Source: Octopus sinensis (lineage: Eukaryota). From it: a DNA stretch of 64,000 bases. Every line of letters starts with the position of its first letter. The first letter of the stretch is position 1. Shown here in pieces: positions 12,727-26,200 of this stretch. The notes below the pieces were generated by a model that saw only the letters and a program-made list of their open reading frames with translations, was not told the origin of the DNA and searched no databases. The DNA is taken from positions 186,001 through 250,000 of the forward strand of contig NW_021831988.1 in the NCBI RefSeq assembly GCF_006345805.1, given 5' to 3'. A program made the position numbers and the translations under genes.

Positions 12727-13290
12727 TCCTTGTTGTCTGGATACATTTTATTTATTATTTTATTGAATATGAATCAAAATTATAAAATCACAATTATAAA
12801 AAAAATCGGCACAGCAAAATAGACTTCACGGGTTCGTCAGATCAAATATATGACTGTACTTTGAAGATGGCATATACACATTTTAAACTAATTTTGGTAT
12901 TCAATTTATAACTACTTAAAAGATTTGTATTCTGAAGAACTATGCAAAGTTTGAGCATCAGTATGAAGATGGTGCCACTATTGTTGCAAACTTTCAAACA
13001 TTTGGTCAATGTTGAAGATAGTGAGGAATGTGCATTTTAAAAGCATTCTAATTAATTTTTTGACAATGATTGACATTGATTGCACATGCACGGTTTCACC
13101 TTCCGATCGGTTTTATTCTCGGCTCGTGAATAATATTCTTCACTAAATGCAGATGCTTTATGTGGTGCCAGATTTGTTGATCAAAATAAAAATGATTGTT
13201 GATAGCATAATAATTGATGGTTATTTGTATATATCTTTGAAGTTAATTAAAAGTAAAATTTTAATTGTTTTAAATAAATTATTTTGTTGC

Positions 13291-16200
13291 ATGCTTTTCA
13301 AACGATTATTAATACTCGGAAATAGGTGGGTCAATCTGTCGCTCATTAACACTCAGACTTAATCGACTCAATATTTGTAAAATGAGTACAATCGAAGGCT
13401 TTTCGTCTCAAAAAGTGCCTGTTCTTTAAATGACCTCCATTAAGGTTACAGAAATCAAAGAACTCGGACTGACCACGTACTTATTTAGACATGACAAATC
13501 GGGGGCAGAATATCTCCACATTGCCTCAGACGACACCAATAATGCCTGCTGGTACCAAAACAATAAAATAACTCCAAACAAGCATCGCCATTCGAACATA
13601 CGCGGAAAACGACAAAGGAATCCCCCACGTGCTCGAACACATTGCTCTCTGTGGCAGCAAAAAGTACCCAATTAGAGATCCCTTCTTTTCCATGCTGAAC
13701 CGTTCTCAAAATACATTTATGAACGCAATGACATGTTTTAATGAGTTGATGACCCATTAGCCTCCAACGCGACCTACTACCCGTTCTCCACTCAAAACCA
13801 CGTGGATTTCAGGAACCTGTTTGATGTCTATTTCGAATGTGTGTTTAATCCACTTTTGAAAGAATCCAGTTTCTGGTAGATTCATTTATTTCTATTTCTG
13901 AAGGCAGGAGGGCTTCCGACTTGAGTGTACGAACAAAAACGATATTAATTCCAAAATAGTCGCCAAAGGTGTCGTCTTCAATGAAATGAAGGGAGATTTG
14001 GTATACGGTGGTCGACTATGTCTAGTCCTCCGTCGGCAATGTTTATTCCTGCAGATTAGAGTCAGAATTGATGCCTACGAACACATACAAGTGGAATTCG
14101 GGAGGAATCCCCTTCTCAATAATGGACTTGAATCACTGCGACCTGCTTAAATTCCACCAAAGACACTACCACCCTACGAATGCATTGTGCTCGCACTTGT
14201 CCGTTATTTTAGGTTCATAACATACGGAAACATCCCCCTCGAGATCAATGCCAAGATGATTGACGACAAATTGCGGGCTTATTCCAGGATGGATGTGTAC
14301 CACATGGTCGACCCGCTCGAGAAGTGGCCAAAGGAGGTTGCCAGTCTGTTTTTTTGGTAGAAAAAAATTACGTGTTATTCGTCTGCCGACCCACTTGCCG
14401 TCGATCCAAACAAATGCTCTGCCGTTTCCACCACTTTTTTGCTCGAAGAGTTATTTTTGTTAATATTTGTAGTAATTCGAATATTTACACAAACTTTTGT
14501 CTTGAACTTGTGTCGTGTCTTTTGGTGGATGGGGATACCTCTCCTTTCTACGAGGCTTTGATCACTCCACAAATGGGGGCAGATTTCTCGTGGAGGACAG
14601 GGTTGGTTGTGTTTTGTTTATTTAAAGATTCGCAAATGAAACGAAGGACTCGTATTTTTCGGTGGGACTGCAGGGAATCGCGGAGAAGGATGTCGACAAG
14701 GTTGTGAAAATAATAAAGGAAACGCTCAAAACAGTGGCCAGGTTGGTTGTGTTGGAGGCATGGCATAGGGATGGTTTCACTGATCAGCGAGTGGAGAATA
14801 TATTACACCACTTGCAATTGACGATAAGGAATAGATCAAAGAACTATGGAATCAATTTGATAAATGTTGGTGTTGGTTTTGATGTTAGAATATTGTCACT
14901 CCCTGGTCACTTCGTTCTGATTTTATTGGATATTTACAAATTAATGGGTTGGTGGACCGATTTAGGGCCGATTATGCAAAAAATCCGGATTTACTCAAAA
15001 ATATAATCAAAAAATACTTTATTGTTGTGTTAGTGTGACATGCTGGTAGAACAACTCCCACAAGCTGACTCTCACTTTGAAAGTCGACGAAGAAAGGGCA
15101 AAAAAGGAGAAAAAAGCGGAAAAGGAAAAACTCGATTTGATGGTTAAGAATTGCTGCAGAGAAGTGATCTACGACATTGGTTGCTGCACATTGCACATTC
15201 GTAGGCCAGACTTTGGATAAGGAAGCGGCAGAGGAAGACGACATTTCAATTCTCCCCTGCTTGTCCTTGTCCGAAATTGACAGGACCATCACCAGAGAAG
15301 ATATTTCCATCACGTCCACTGGTCAGCATACTTTATTATTCAGACGGGGCTACACTCTTCTCGTGTGTTGCTCCTGCGAACGGGCTGGTCTATTTCCAGT
15401 TAATGTTGGGATGCAATCATCTATCCAAGGAGGATGTCAAATATCTCCCGATTCTGTGTGATGTTTTGACTCGGTGAGTTGTTTGTTGAACGAATGTTGT
15501 AGAATGGGGACACGTGGAATTGACTACAAAGAACTGTCCCTCCAAATGGAGTCATTCTCCAGTGCTTTCTGTGCCTCTCCGATTGTTGTCCTTTCCCCCT
15601 TCGGGACAGTGGCTTCCCACACAGTAATACGTCATTGTCACCAATAGGCGACTATTCTCTCCAATTACTGTTTGAGTGAGAATATAGAAAAGTGTCTGGC
15701 ATTGTGGAGTACTATCATTAATGAGTATTTATCTTTCTTATTGTTAGACTTACTTTGAATGATTGCGAGAGACTCGGCCTTTTGGTCAAAACTACTGCGA
15801 GCGAACTGGCAGATTCGATTCCCGATTCGGGGCATCGATTTGCCATGTCCGTCGCCGCCTCCATCGTCAATCCTTTCTTTGCCAAGAGAGAGGTCACTGA
15901 CGGTCTCTCTTACGTCGCCCTCCTCAAGAATGTGATCGACCAGCCCGACAAACAACAAATTTCAGACAAGTTGAAAGAAATTGCGGACAAAGTCTTTAAT
16001 CGCGGGGATTGCAGGTAATTCGTTGATTTTATTGAGTTAGAGTTCTGGTGACATCCAACAAAGACGTCGTGAAGAATTGTTTGTACAACGTGGAGACATT
16101 TTTGAACACAATCCCCGCTCCCAAGGAATCGCCTTCAGATTTTTACGTCCAAGAGGTCTTTATATTTGTGTATGCAAAGGCTGATGATGGGGAGGAAGTT

Positions 16201-16868
16201 TCCGCAAGAAAAATACACTACGAGTTCCCATTTGATGTGAATTATACTGCCAAGGCCATTTCTCTGCCAGTGAATTACACTCACTCTGACAGTGCCCGGT
16301 AGTCCTGCCAATTGAGATGCCAGTTTGAGGGTGCTCGCAGAATTGATGTCGTGGAAATATCTCCACGGAGAGATTAGAGAGAAGGGGGGAGCCTACGGGG
16401 CGGGGGCACTCATGAATGGTCCTGTCTTCTGCTTCCATTCATATCGGTGGGGGATATTCAATATTTCAGAGATCCCAACAACCTGGAGACATTTGATGTC
16501 TTCGAGAAATCAGTCGATTGGGTTTTGGCGAAGGACTCGTTCTCAGAGCAGGACCTTATGGAGGCTAAATTGGCCGTATTCCAAAAGGTATGGACGGTGG
16601 GTTTACTCTAGCTTGATGCTCCCGTGTCACCAGGCAAGAGGGGAAACCGTCTGTTCAGTCAGGGTATCGACGACGACATGTTTCAACAAACTCGCGAAAA
16701 TGTATTTGCCACCACTAAGGAAGAGTTGATTGACTGTGCTAGAAAGTGATTTGTGAATTGTGTATTTTTAGATATTTGAAAGACGCGACTGACTTTGGGA
16801 TGTGTATCATTGGGCCAGAATCAGCTGCAATAAAGCAAGATCCGTCCTGGTCGACGTTGAAAATTTAA
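13291..16868 (+). CDS. PITRM1: Mitochondrial presequence protease (M16C), many mini-introns
   Basis: Arg-rich, acid-free N-terminus [16 protein letters not shown]; inverted Zn motif GIPHVLEH...[13 protein letters not shown]; GVVFNEMKG; IREKGGAYG; introns read at 13326-13356 and 13415-13444 among others. Confidence 0.92.
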
Positions 16869-16982
16869 AAGTGCTTTCTAATTTGTTAATTGGGGGTTTT
16901 GAAATAAATCTGTTTTGTTTAAGGAAACAATTTGGTTTAATGATTGATCTCTCATCCTATTCTCACAGTATTTGAAATATTC

Positions 16983-17762
16983 TGTCGCGACCCACGCTGG
17001 CGACATCCCACGCTGGCGACCATCAGCTTGACAGGTTATGACCTTCAGTTTGACAGGTGATTTAATTTAAATTTGATATTAATTTAAACCGGAAAAAATT
17101 AATTTAAGAAATGGTTAGCGTCATTTTAGAAAAAAAATTATGGTTTCTCTCAAAAGATGTTAGCATGAAAAAAGCGACTCAATTTATCATTATTAATGAT
17201 CTGTATATTTGCAACTCCTAACTCATAGTCTTTATCTAAAGGACGAGAATAACCAAAAACACAAATTGGTCATTTATCTGGAAAATGAAATGGAGATGAG
17301 GACACTAGCATTCGCCATTCACCAAGATCCCACTGGGGAATACGAAAGCTTCAGAAAAAGTGCAGTGAATTTTATTTCACTGTAAAACGTCCAATCATCG
17401 AACAAATTATAAAAGACTGCAAAATTTTTTTGCCCTACCATTGAAAGTATTTTAAAAATATCGGGCCTCTTTCCAGCCCCACTCGTCCAGAAACGACATT
17501 GCTTCTCGGACAAGTAGTCTCTTCGTCTTAGTGACTAATACAGATTAATGGTTAGTTGTCTTTCCCAACAACACATTAGTTCGAATTACGAAATAGTTAC
17601 TATGAATAGAGATAAAAAGTTAAGTTTTTGATTTTTTAGCAATTATCTTTAGTCAGTAATTAATGTCAAACTATGTAGTTAATGTCAAACCCTGTCATCT
17701 TGTCAACAATGAAGGTCGCTCTGGTCGCCAGCGTGGGATGGTCGCCAGCGTGGGTCGCGACA
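16983..17762. mobile_element. 780-bp non-autonomous Ginger-like element
   Basis: TGT...ACA termini; TIRs with internal repeat (cccacgctggcga)x2; 5-bp TSD TATTC; relic integrase Zn-binding text HWGIRKLQ...IIEQIIKDCK at ~17330-17430. Confidence 0.8.
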
Positions 17763-18179
17763 TATTCAAATAGGTCAATTATCACCCGTTGATTAAATGT
17801 TATGGAAATATTATTATTATAATTGGGATTGAATAAAAAATGTCATTAGAATAAACTATCAGTTTCGTTAATTGTTTTAATACATTTTAATCGCAGTAGT
17901 CGTTTTATGATCAGACACTCAGCACGTGTGTTTCTTTTCAAGTACTGATTTTGAAGAATTTAATGACGATTTAATGATTTTATCAGTTTTCAGTCACTAA
18001 ATAAGTATTATTAAATAAGGTGCCATTTAAATTTTAATCATAAACAAGAATTAAATTTTGCTATTTATAAATAAAAAGAATTTTATTTTAAACTTATTAT
18101 AATTTAAATAAATATAACAAACCCGCTATCTGAAACATAGTTGTTGGGTAGTGTTTATTGTTTAAATTAAAGAAATAAA

Positions 18180-20235
18180 ATGGATAAATTTTTCCCCTGC
18201 TTTCCTTTCAAGAAAAAGAAACCCCAAATAAACACAGTCAGCATCGATAGACTCCGATGGAAACACTTCCATCCCTCGTAGATATCCCAGGCTACTATAT
18301 CCAGCACTTGGATGCTGGGTTCAATCACCTGACACACCTCACACCGGTAAAATGTCCACAAAACAAATTTAGGAAACATTTTATTGTTTTAGTTTAAAAA
18401 AATTGGAATTAAATAACAATTATCTCACAGAAATTCCCCCCACAATATGCAATCTGCAATGTTTGGAAGAATTAAATATTAGCACAAATAGTATGGCTTG
18501 TTTGCAGTATTTCAGAACTTTCCACTCTCCCAATTGAGTTGTCCAAATGTAGTAAAGTAAAGGTACTCAATTGTGACACAAATCCACTCTTTGGGTTGTT
18601 TGCCAGTATTTATTCTCCAGTTTTCCTCGGCCTGTCTTCCAATTGACTGACCTGACTGACCTCTCACTCAACAACTGCTGCATATATGTACTACCAGACA
18701 GCATTTCCCGGTATTTTATTACTTTATAAAATAGATTACGGAATTTGGTCAGTCTCGAACTAAGGAGCAATTTCCTGAGATCACTGCCAATGACAATGAT
18801 CTCCTGTTCTAAACTGCAGAGAATGGACATTGGGAACAACGATTTGTTCTATTTTGTACTCACTTTGCTGACTGACCACCACAGCCCCCTGTCCTCTGCA
18901 AACTGACCTCCCTGGCAGAGTTGTGGTGTGATCTCAACTGTTTCGACTCCATTCCTCACGTATTCTCACTCCACACTCTAGATTGTCGGGAAATTGAAGA
19001 ATTTGACTTTCTTGAATTGTTCGGAGTGCAATTTGGTGGCCTTCCCCCCAGGACTGTGTGGTTGTACGTCCCTCACTCACCTCGTCCTCTCTAATAATCA
19101 CATTAATTCAACTCCCGCCCTTTCCATTGGTTTGTGGTGGCCAGTCACTGTTAGGGGATTTGAAAGCACTGGAATATCTCGATTTGACAAATAATGTGAT
19201 TCCCGCCATTCCTGATAGCATTGGACAGTATTATTAATTACATGTTTTAGACTGGTTAACCTCAATACACTTTTATTGGCACACAACCAACTGGACAGTA
19301 TTCCCCCCACTGTGGGACTCCTCAGGAAGTTGAGAATACTCACAGTGGACGACAACGAACTGACATCCCTGCCTGATGAGATGACCTGGTTGTCCCACTT
19401 GGCTGTCCTTTCTGTCTCCAACAACAAACTCACAAGCCTCCCCGATGACTTTTCGAATATGCCCTCCCTGCGTGTACTCCAGTTGTCGGGGAATCTTCTG
19501 TCGTGCATCCCCCTCTCCATTTTCAAACTGTCGGTGATTCCCTCGATATATGTGTCGACTGCCCAGAGGGGGAATATTCCTGTGCTGGAAGTGGAGAATG
19601 ACACAATGATATGTCAGTACTTCCCTCAGGAGGGGCGTCCTTCCACTCCTGTCCCCCGAATAGTCCACGTCTCACACTCCAACAAACTGGCCATCCGGTC
19701 GTTGATGTCAGTCTCCACCAAATCGGTTTGTCTTGTTTGTGAGTGGAGAAACGACACGGGCATCTCAACACATTCGAGTTCGGAGTGTTCGATGTGGACA
19801 GATCAGCCGGCCGACCCCCCTCAGTCCACCCACAGGAGGTTGTGTGTCCCAACAGTGGTAGATACTGGGGAAGGAGCAGAAGAGTGAGGGGAGAGGGGTC
19901 ACTTTCGCGGATGAGGACTCATTGGAGGACATCCCCGCCAGGGAGGCCTGTCGAGTGGAAGTGACTGTTTCCCACCACTTTGGGTTGCATGGAGTTGGCT
20001 TCCGGGTGGTCGAGTTGGCCAAGTCGGGAATATTCGTTGGGCCTGGTTGTACTTATTTTAGCCCAAGTTTGTGGAGAGTGTGGATGAGCGATGTGTGCAT
20101 GGAGGTGGGTTGAATGTGGGGGATATGCTTGTGGTGGTGGGGGGACTGAATATTACCAAAATGGAGTATCCTCGTGCTATTGAATTGTTCAATTCACTCT
20201 CAGGGAATGTGGAATTGCAAGTGGAACGAATTTGA
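18180..20235 (+). CDS. LAP-family polarity protein (LRRs plus one C-terminal PDZ; Erbin/LET-413/Scribble-like)
   Basis: Repeated LxxLxLxxN motifs (LRKLRILTVDDNELTSLP); C-terminal PDZ-like GVGFRV...LNVGDMLVVVGG; apparent 1-nt frameshift near 18255. Confidence 0.75.
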
Positions 20236-20333
20236 CTGACAATTTAATTAGTTTAATATAAAATTATAATTGTTATTTAATTTATATTTAGAATATAATT
20301 AATATATTTATACATCTAGTGAGTCACCTGTGA

Positions 20334-22406
20334 ATGAATGCTAATTACTGCAATCACGAGGACTGCAAAGACCTATTCCTCTCATTTCACTCAACATACA
20401 CCAGGTAGTGTGGCCTACTCAGACTAGTCGATACATCCACAACATTAAGCATCCCTCTTCATATGTTTGTTCTAAATGCTCACGACAAAATAAAGGTTTT
20501 TTAAATCACTATTTTGTTTTAGTGTTGAGAAGTGATGAAAAATTTGTTTTTCAGCATTCAAAGGCTCTGTTCGGACCCAAGGATTTATATTTTTCGATTC
20601 CTTTCTGCGACAGTCCTCAGAAGGTGTGCCAAGTGTCAATGCAGGCACTCCACTTGGACAACAAGAACGCAATTCAAAAATATTATGAAATTATAAAATT
20701 GTAAATTTATTTTTCATATAAAATAATTTTAATACAAATATTCATTTTAGTGCAAATTCTGCAAAAAATGAGGAGAAAGTCGCCCTCATTTCAGACTTTG
20801 CATCATATATGAGTCGCTGTGTCAACAACGAGACATCCGAAATCCACTCTCGTCACATGGCTTGGACATTGCTCTCCCAAATATCCGCCAAAGTCATTAT
20901 TTGGTCTATTTGTAGAAAATGGAGGTGAAGGATGCCTGCAGAATAGTCATGTCCGGTCGGAAGGAAGTGTCCTCATTCACGGCAAGTGAGTCCCACAGGC
21001 CATCCCCCACGAATTTCATAGACATGTTGATGGAGAACAGTCCACATGTATTTGTGTGCTCTATTCGAGTTAGAATGCTCTGAAATGTGCAGTGTTGATG
21101 AACCGATGGGACTTGGCGATGAGTTTGAGTCATGTGTTGGGTCTTGGCTCACTGATGGAAGAGTATTGCCCTCAGTTGAGACAGGAGAATGAATTCATTG
21201 GCCTTTTCATGGGCTATTTGACCCAAAGCAGTGTGCCGTCTGTGGTATGTGTCACTAATCATGTGAGGGAGTGTCTGACTGGAATGTGCATGTGTCCGTA
21301 CTGCTCACAATCCTCCACTATAACCCTCATATGGCCGAACAATCCATCCAGGCAATATTCTCAATGCTCAGTGAGTGAATTGTGCCCTGATTGGTCTATT
21401 AGTTGGGTGCAATCAGTTCTATGCGGCTCTGGTCTGTCTGCTGGTTCTCTATGGCTGTGCTGGCGTGGCCTTGTCCCGCCTGGTCGACGCTTTTAGTGGA
21501 GGGGCGAGGTATTGGTGGTGTGAGGAGAGTAGATCCACTCTGAGTTGTGAGATTTTGGTGTTGTTGCAGTTATTGGAGTGTTTGGACGGGGGAATGGGCA
21601 ATTCGCAGATGGTTGGGTGGTGTCCTCTATTTGTAGAGAGTTCAGGCACAGTTTGTTAGTCATTTGACTGATTGTGGACTATACGAGGAGGCTGCCGAGT
21701 CCATCCATTCTATCTTTGGTATTTTGCAGGTGAGTGATTCAGGCGTGGTCTCCCCGAGTGTTTATCAGATGTATGATGTATATTTGTTGGTGGATACTCT
21801 ATTGAAGGTATACTGCTCTATTTGGGGTCCTCCAAATGAACATTCTTCCCCAATTCACGATTATATGTCTCGTTTATTCAGAGGTTTGGAGAAGAATGGG
21901 GAAATAGATGAAGTAAACAAAGTACCGAGTGCTGTTTCTTCTTGTGCTGAATCTTCTTTAAAAAATGAAAACTGCGTATTTTTGCCGGATATGCCTCCAC
22001 CAAACACGTGTCAACCAGCTCCACCAGAATGCTCTGGAGACATCCCTTCTAATCAGATTATTCCTGATCCCCCCAATAAAATTGAGTATACTCCAATTCG
22101 TGGGGAGGCCAGTCAGAAGGGAGGGATATTGCGGAGTGTAATAGATATGATTACTTCGTCCTTCAAAAGTACAAATAAGGTGTGTTTGTATTATATATTG
22201 TAGAGTTCGATGTATTGGGATGAGGATAAGAATCGGTGGGTTGACCCGAATGACCCAGAAGGGGAGGGTGATCATATTCCATTACCATTCTCTAATCAGT
22301 CGTGTGGTGACGTGTGTGACAGACGGGATGATGATAAACGTGAGTTGTCTGTTTGACTCGCGTAGTTCATTATGACTTTCTTGTCGATCGTGGGAGTAAT
22401 ATTTGA
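20334..22406 (+). CDS. SEC16: SEC16-like COPII scaffold
   Basis: ALFGP..., ALKCAVLMNRWDLAMSLS (ACE1-like), LTDCGLYEEAAESI and C-terminal WDEDKNRWVDP; mini-introns. Confidence 0.65.
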
Positions 22407-22699
22407 TAACTAACATTTTTTATATTTAATTTTTTGTTTTGAGTTTTAATTTATTATTTGTTGATTTCGAAGAGTATTAATAATATTATTGAGAGTTCAA
22501 CAATTTCATTTCCTAACTACTATTATGCGGACTACCAGGAATCAAATTTGTAACATTTTCTTTTTAGCTGATCAAATTCTAATTAAAGTTCAGAATACCT
22601 TTTGGAGTAAATCCCGACGAAAAACTGATGTTGAAAAGAGGTTGATAAAAGATTGTGTCGGCTAAGATGGTCCGTCTAAAAACACAAACAAAAAATTAA

Positions 22700-23080
22700 A
22701 TGATCTCAGCTTATCTAAGGAAGGTTCTCATTTGTCCCTGACGTTCTTTTCTTGTTCCCTCACATTTTCTGTAGAGGCGTTGTCCCCCTTTTCTTTGCAA
22801 GATCTCCTTAAAAGTGGCAACATTTAGTTGTTAGTCTGGTTCTTCTATAGTTTTAGAGATTCTTGATTGAATTTTCAAAATTTTTTCCCGACTGGTGTAG
22901 CTGATTGTATTTCCTCACAGGCGTAACTAATTGTGGGTTCCATGTAATGCTCATAATCGGTTTGGCGAGTGGCAAAGCTCGTCCACTGCCTGCTTTTTAG
23001 ATGAACTCTGAGTATGTTGAGTTTCTTCATACATCTTGTGATCCGATTCCCGTTGGCTTCATTATTTTTTAGATCCCTAA
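22700..23080 (-). mobile_element. Degenerate LINE 3' remnant, paralogous to 58920-59300
   Basis: Shared blocks ccctgacgttct, ttgcaagatctcct..agtggcaacatttag and ggcaaagctcgtccactg; broken translation ILRVHLKSRQWTSFATRQ. Confidence 0.4.
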
Positions 23081-23268
23081 ATAATTAGTTTTTATAAATT
23101 CAAAAATAAATTATAATAAAAAGATTTTAAACATAATATAATTAGATAACCCGTTACTGTTCGTATCTTGTGTTGTTCTGGATTGTATAATTTATTTTTC
23201 AAATTTTATTCTATTTTCTATTTGTATTAAAATTGATTAAATATATTGTCCACTTATAGGAATTTCTT

Positions 23269-26200
23269 GTGGTGTCGTGTATGTCTGTTTTCACCAGTCT
23301 GCAAGCAAATCCTGAGGGCTCTCTTACAAAAGATATTAGAGATAACCAACAACTATTGGTAAGAAGCAAGTCTTCGGGGCTACATGATCCCCATGAAATT
23401 TGTGGAAACTCTCCTACCGAACATGTCTCACCCCATCTAATCCCTCTTAAATCGGTGATCGGTGAGGAACACTCTAACGACAAAGTCAAATGGATTTCTG
23501 GTGTTGTGGAGTCAGCGAAGAGACGATTTGGCAGAATTCCTCGTGGAGGATGGAGACTTATTGCCGAATGTTTCAACGTCCGCTTTCTCACTCAAAAGAG
23601 TGTCTCTGATGTGAAAAACTTACTGAATGTAAAGCCCTGCTCTAATGGCTGTGGCATTCGAAATAATGTGGATACCTCAGATTACTTATTGCCAAAGACA
23701 GAAATCTCCATTTATGGTAAATGCAAGGAAGAGTTTAATCTCCAAATTCAGGAACTTAAGTCAATCCCACGAAATGCGAGAATGCCCACAAAGAAGATTC
23801 CGTATAAATTGCTAAAGACTGATGTTCTTGTCGCAATTAATGCAGTGATTTCGAACTATATATTATCTTCTCCGCCTGCAAGCATAAATGAAATCACGGA
23901 TATAATTTATGCCGGGCAATGCTCATATGAAAACATTACGAGGCAACCCCTAACAAAAAGCACATGGCTTGAGGATACGGAAAGAAAGATTTCCAAACTT
24001 AGAGAAAATCTAACTTTCGTTAATAAGTTTAATGGCCAGCAATCTAAAGACGAAAAAGAGAAGACACTGAACATTTTATGCTCGTTTGGATACAAAAAAT
24101 CCAGAAAGGGAGAGCTGGCACGCGTATCTAGTCTTATTGAAGATAGAGTCAAAATTATGGAGAAAAAAATCTCAACCTATCGCTCCAGAAAGTCGTTTAG
24201 ACAAGATAATTTCTGTTTTGAACTAAACAGGAGAAGATTCTATCGAAGACTGAACTGTGAAAACAAAGATTCTGATTGTCAAGTCCCAGAAGATAAGTGT
24301 CTATCTTTCTGGAAGGGCGTATGGAAGAAAGAGGAGAACCGTGCTCCTAAAGCTATTGTTGGTAAGCATATTACTGGAGCTGAACAGCTTCCAAGTGACG
24401 TGAAAACTGATTTTATCAAGAATGTTATCCAGTGTGTACCCAATTGGAAAGCCGCGGGTTGTGACGGAGTTTATGGATTTTTTATCAAAAAGTTCGAAGC
24501 TCTTCATGGCCATTTGTGCGATGAGATCCTTAAAATTGTGAACGGAGGCTATTCCCCTGCTGAGTGGTTTTACACAGGAGTAACATACCTCATTCCAAAA
24601 AATGAAAAGTGCCATTCCCCAAATGACTTAAGGCCGATTACCTGCATGCCTATATTGTACAAACTTGTCACTAAATGTGTGAATACAAAGCTTACAGACT
24701 ATATCGAAGCGTTTAACCTTATCTCGGATAATCAGCTGGGAGCTAGAAGGCAATGCCAAGGCGCAAAGGAACAAGCACTAATAAACCAGTGTGTCAATAG
24801 TGAGTATGGAAATAACTTATTTGCAACGTGGATCGATGTCAGAAAGGCATTTGATTCTGTCAATCATGAATTCTTATGTCAAGTGCTTGATCAGTCTGGA
24901 ATTCCGAATTGGATCACAAATTTTGTGAAAACTTTAATCAAAAATTGGAATGTCATTTTGACACTTAACAATAAGAGAATTGGAACTGTAAAATTGGAAA
25001 GAGGAATCTTACAAGGAGACTCACTCTCTCCACAACTCTTCACTCTGGTAATGGATCCGTTAAGTAGGAGCTTGAATATGAAGTTCCCGAAGGTGCGTAT
25101 AGGTCAAAATGACCCGTTCACGGTTTCATATTCAACAAACCATTTGTTGTTTATTGACGACCTGAAAATAATTGCTGAGAAAGAAGACACCGTTCTAAAA
25201 ATGATGGAAGATGTCGATGAATATTTTGATGCCGTTGGCCTCAAGAGGAACTCGGAAAAGTCTGCGACTAACCTGGACTATGTGAAAGATACAAAATGTC
25301 TGGATGGGTGTGCTGGGTATCGATACCTGGGAGTCTTGGAGGATAGAGGAAGTGATGTCAAGAAAATCGAGGTAATGAAAACAATTGCTCGAAACGTGAA
25401 AGAGAGAATCGAGAGTCTTGCAAAAACAAAGTTAAGTGCAGTAAACCTCTTTAAAGCGATAAACGAATATGCACTCTCTCTCTACAACTACTATATCGGA
25501 TTGATCGACATTGAACCGAGTGAGTTTGATGCCATTGATCTGGTAATTCGTCGCATTCTAACTACTTTACGAATCCATCTGAAGCCCGCTAATAAAGAAA
25601 GATTATATCTCGGCAGAAATGGTTTTGGAAGAGGCTTAATCTCAATTTCCAATAAGAGCGAATGCATCCTGCTCCAATTTCTCTCCGACCTTGAAAGAAA
25701 AGCCTCGTTGTGCCTCAGAAGAGCAGGAATCTTGCGGGTCTTGAGAGAAAAGAAAACACATATGACCACGATTGCAAGATTTCTCGCTCTCAAGTACAAT
25801 CTGGAAGACCAATCAAAATTGGATGTAAACCTTATTAAGGAGTGCCAGAAGAAAAGACTAATGGACACCATTAAATCTAAGATGATACATTCAACGCTGT
25901 TTAAATGCATTCAGGAACCGAGTGCTGATATCGTGGAGTCCAATGTATGGCTAGCCAATGGGAACAATGGCCCAAAGGCCGAGGCACTATATTGCTTGGC
26001 CCAGGATCGCAATTTGTTTTTCGGAGAGGCAAAGCCTAATTGTAACCATTGCGGCTCGGCAAGAAAAACCGTGGATCACCTAGCTACTCGATGTAGCAGA
26101 ATGCTTCACGGGTCATACATGCGAAGACACAATGAAATTGTCAGATGCATACATCTACACGTCTGTCGTCAGTACGGAATAAAGAAATGCAAGAAATTGA

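Noticed and set aside
18180-18270. 1-nt frameshift near the 5' end of the LAP gene (ctccgatg where ctcccgatg would be in frame)
   Set aside because: Most simply a homopolymer consensus error; the only GT-AG option is 14 nt. Not treated as programmed frameshifting without read data.
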